64,000 nucleotides of DNA from the NCBI RefSeq assembly GCF_009914755.1, contig NC_060925.1. The stretch is one strand, 5' to 3'. Both the position numbers and the translations under genes were made by a program. Below, piece after piece: positions 57,383-64,000 of the stretch. The stretch is from the human T2T-CHM13v2.0 reference genome, Homo sapiens. Numbering within the stretch: position 1 is the stretch's first letter; the number at the start of each line of letters is the position of its first letter. The notes under the pieces were generated by a model, which was not told the origin of the DNA, did not search any database, and was given only the letters and a program-made list of their open reading frames with translations.

Positions 57383-57556
57383 CTCAGAATTTAAAATGTG
57401 GTCCGCAGACCAGAACCAGCAGCTTTGGCATCACCTGGGGCTTGTTAGCAATGCAGAATTGCAGGCTCGCCCCAAACTTACTGATTCAGAGCCTGCATTT
57501 TAACAAGATCTGCAGGTGATTCATAGGCTCGGAGAAGTTGGAGAAGCTCCGGTCTA
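57383..57556 (+). mobile_element. MER5A
   Basis: gcatcacctggggcttgttagcaatgcagaatt...ctgcattttaacaagatc. Confidence 0.75.
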
Positions 57557-57764
57557 GGTACGCCTGCCGAGATTCTCAGGAGTGCAGAAAGTGGGAAACC
57601 GTCAGCAGTACCAGCCATCACCAGCACTGACACCCAGGATGCCATTAGGAAGAGGTAAGTGATCTTGATTATGCCAATTTCACAGTCACATTCAGCAACA
57701 CTGGTTTTAGTTAAAGAGCCAACAATGAGAAGAACCCAGCCAGGCCCCGGCTGCAGGACATTAC

Positions 57765-57846
57765 CCCAGAGTTAGAAGACAGCCTCATGGCCACTTGGTC
57801 TGGCTTGTTCTGGGCAGCTGCATCTCCATAATGACCGTTTAGGTAA
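57765..57846 (-). CDS. AKNAD1: AKNAD1 coding exon, ~exon 9
   Basis: T-run then aaattag acceptor; YLNGHYGDAAAQNKPDQVAMRLSSNSG; donor gtaatg. Confidence 0.87.
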
Positions 57847-58245
57847 CTAATTTAAAAAAAAAAAAGCAGTTTGAATGTTAGAATCAGTTCTTGAGCTACC
57901 TGGGAGCTCCACTATTTGGAATCACTTGGCATCACCCCTGGGATGGTGGGAGCGAGCAACCTAAGGCAGAGAGTGCTATGGGCCTCATGCGGCCACTTGA
58001 CCTTCACCTCTCCCCGCGTCCCCCAGCCCCAGCTGTCCCGTCCCTCAGATCTCTGCCCAGAGGGTTGCAGAGGCTGGCCAGGCCCTGCTGGTGGGGCAGG
58101 TGAGGAGCCAGGCTACCAGGCTTTGTAACTCGTGGTCCAAGACTGCTTTTCCTGTGGGAGCCTCATGGGCCTTCCTGGAGGCTGCATGAGGAAGGGGCCT
58201 CTTTCTGTGTCCTGTGTCTGCTGGGGCTCCAGGGCTAGGACTCAC

Positions 58246-58373
58246 GTCTGCGGGGCCAGCTCACAGAGCTCCTCGTTGGGGGCCTCCTGCGGCCCTCCTT
58301 GGGGTGTCCCTGTTACCTCACTCCCACCTGAGCCTCGAGGCCCAGAAGGGTGGCCGGGGTGCTCCTTGGGAAT
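58246..58373 (-). CDS. AKNAD1: AKNAD1 coding exon, ~exon 8
   Basis: ctcccccag acceptor; IPKEHPGHPSGPRGSGGSEVTGTPQGGPQEAPNEELCELAPQ+AC; donor gtgagt. Confidence 0.88.
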
Positions 58374-58629
58374 CTGGGGGAGCCACACAGAAAGACTTGA
58401 ATTAGAGCCACAGTCCCACTGGAGGTGACTCAAAATCAGTTCAGCATCCCTACAGCACCCCTAAGGCACCATAACATCCTGCCTGGCGTCCCCCCACCCC
58501 TGTCTCCCCCAGCTCTTTACCTAGCTGTCTTCTCATCCTCCAAGACTCAGTCCAAATCTCACCTTCTCTGAAAAACCTTCTCCCTTAGTAATTCAAACCT
58601 TCTGCATTTAGTTACTTTTGGTCATATCC

Positions 58630-58885
58630 CATTACTTAATAGTCATGATAGCTAACACCCAGGAGTAATGTACTCACTGTGAGCCAGGCCCTATTTTCAG
58701 TACGTTACTTATATTAACTCATTTAAACATCATAACAGCCCTGTGAGGCAAATATTATTATCTGCATTTTACAGAAGAGAGAACTGAGGCACAGAGAGGT
58801 TGCATAACTTTCCTAAGATCACAAAACTAATAAGTGACAGAGCCAGTATGTGAACCCAGGTAGTCTGGCTTCAGAGTCACGCAGA
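58630..58885 (-). mobile_element. MIR
   Basis: cattttacagaagagagaactgaggcacagagaggtt. Confidence 0.75.
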
Positions 58886-58939
58886 ATGTATTATTATTTT
58901 CTGCACTGTGCTTTTTAACATTTCATAATTATATGTTAA

Positions 58940-59239
<300 letters not shown>

Positions 59240-60251
59240 TTAATTTGTTAAGTATATGTCTCTCTTACAGAAATGTAAGCATCTTGAGGGCAGGTGATTT
59301 GTTTGTTGTTCATGTTTTATCCCCAATACCTAGAAAAGTGCTAGCCTATAGCAATACATACTGCTGAGTGAATGAAGGATGCCAGCACTAGACTCTTTCC
59401 AGAACCACTTACCACAAAGTTATTTAGAGAGTTCTCATCATTTCACAACAGTAGCTGTAAACTTGGGACCAAGTAAAGAAGAGCAGATCCAGACCCCAGG
59501 GAGCTGCCAGGTAGAGGGCAGGGCCAACCCTGAGGTGGCCTCACAAAGACTTGTGACTCCTGCAGGTCCAAGACTAGCAGGGCAGCCGCTGTGAGCCTGG
59601 AAACTGCTTGGGTGCCTTGAGATGGGCTGTTACATCCACGGTGGCTCAGGGCTTCCTCTATGAAGCATCGACTCTCCTGGGCTTTCAGCTGGACATTCAG
59701 GATTCAAAGATGAGTGCAGAGTCACAGAGACAAACGAGACCCAGTGCTGCGGGGACACAGAGGCCGGGGCCAAGAATTCCTCCAGGTGCGGGGGATTGGG
59801 GGGCTTGGGGGTGAGGAGGGTGGCTGACTAGGGATGCATAAATGACCTGACGCTAGAGCTGGGCCTTGAATGAGTGAGATTTTGCCAGGCAAGTAAGTGC
59901 TTTGAGGAGGCAAACACTTCTTCGGAAGGGCTAACCTTGACATAATCTTTGTCACTTTGTCCTTCGCTTTGACAAAATCCTCATTCAAGTTTGAATATCA
60001 GCCCCAGGCTGTGTCTTCAAATACTGTATGAAACTAAAGAGTCAATTTAAGGTATTTATTTAAATGATTCTGTTTCTCAGAATTTTGATTTTAGTCTGAA
60101 TGTTCTGATAGTTGAGGCTACAAAGGCAAAAAGTATAGAAAGACAGTGGTGGTTAATTTGAATTCCCAATCTTGCATAAGTAGAAATCCAAAAGAATTTA
60201 ACTTGAGAGAAGGAAAATGCAGAAGTGGATTCATGGGAAATAATTATTTCA

Positions 60252-60587
<336 letters not shown>

Positions 60588-60866
60588 TTATTAATTTGGA
60601 AGAAATAGCTCTTCGGTGGTTTAATGGATTTAAACAGCATTGTTACATCCTAAACTATAAAGATGTTTCAAAAATTAACACTTGAAATAGCTTCTAATCT
60701 TTAAAAGCTGGTTCCATTTAAAATAATATAATTCATGGGACTTTGGAAAGTTAAATTTTCATGAGATATTAAAAATGGAATTCAGTGAATCCATGAATTA
60801 GGAGTCTATAAATGCAAAAACACCATTTTTCCTGGCACAAAATTAGACTGTACATTGCTGTATTAC

Positions 60867-61023
60867 CTCATTTGAGAGTGAAGAGAAGGTGGAGGCCAAG
60901 TCATCCAGGGTAACTGGAGAACTCACAGGAAGGGAAGGAGCTGAAGTATATTTGCTTTCATCCATTTTCTCTTTAACATCTTCAAGCAGCATCTCCAATT
61001 TGAAGATTTCACCTTCCACTTTT
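60867..61023 (-). CDS. AKNAD1: AKNAD1 coding exon, ~exon 7
   Basis: tttacttag acceptor; KVEGEIFKLEMLLEDVKEKMDESKYTSAPSLPVSSPVTLDDLASTFSSLSNE (coiled-coil-like start); donor gtaata. Confidence 0.9.
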
Positions 61024-61399
61024 CTAAGTAAACATAAACACACAGGCATCTTCTGGGCTATGTGGTTGGCATTCTAATTAATAATGACAGTTCTTGAATA
61101 CAGCATTGATTTATATTATTAATGTGGCCTGTCTTCTGTCACAAAGGATAATGGGAGCCCGCATGACTGTTCATAGTTTCTCTGACAGCCTGGGCTCTGA
61201 TCTTCACCTGCTGTCCATTAGCTGCGTATCCTTGTATAAATCACTTAGTATTTCTGGGCCTCCAATGTCTCACTTATAACCTGGGATAACAATATTGTAC
61301 CTTACTTATCTGGATTTGATGATTTTGAGATCCCTTACAAGGGATTCTAAGAACTGTGATTCTATGGAATTACTTGTTATGCTAATTTAAAAAGAGGAA

Positions 61400-64000
<2,601 letters not shown>

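Overview
This is primate genomic DNA, almost certainly human, recognisable as the STXBP3-AKNAD1 locus. The + strand carries the last 11 coding exons of STXBP3 (Munc18c/Munc18-3, a Sec1/Munc18 protein). They run from 2614 to the stop at 32203, with a poly(A) signal near 32828, and one intron uses a non-canonical GC donor. The - strand carries the last 10 coding exons of AKNAD1 (61023 down to the stop at 39497), converging on STXBP3 across a gap of about 6.4 kb. I rebuilt both reading frames by hand across every splice junction. Exon numbers assume 19 STXBP3 exons and 16 AKNAD1 exons, from recall. The rest is mostly transposon relics: more than 40 Alu/FLAM/FAM copies, an old near-full-length L1 with nested insertions, a complete THE1 (MaLR) provirus, solo LTRs, and MER DNA transposons. 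Nearly all ORFs in the supplied track are repeat artefacts. I see no new gene system that the sequence alone proves. The best leads are a 72-nt in-frame exon-like unit downstream of STXBP3, a series of strong + strand splice sites antisense to AKNAD1 (including a sense Alu bracketed by splice sites), exons clamped by inverted Alus, and a 20-nt orphan poly(A) retro-insertion.
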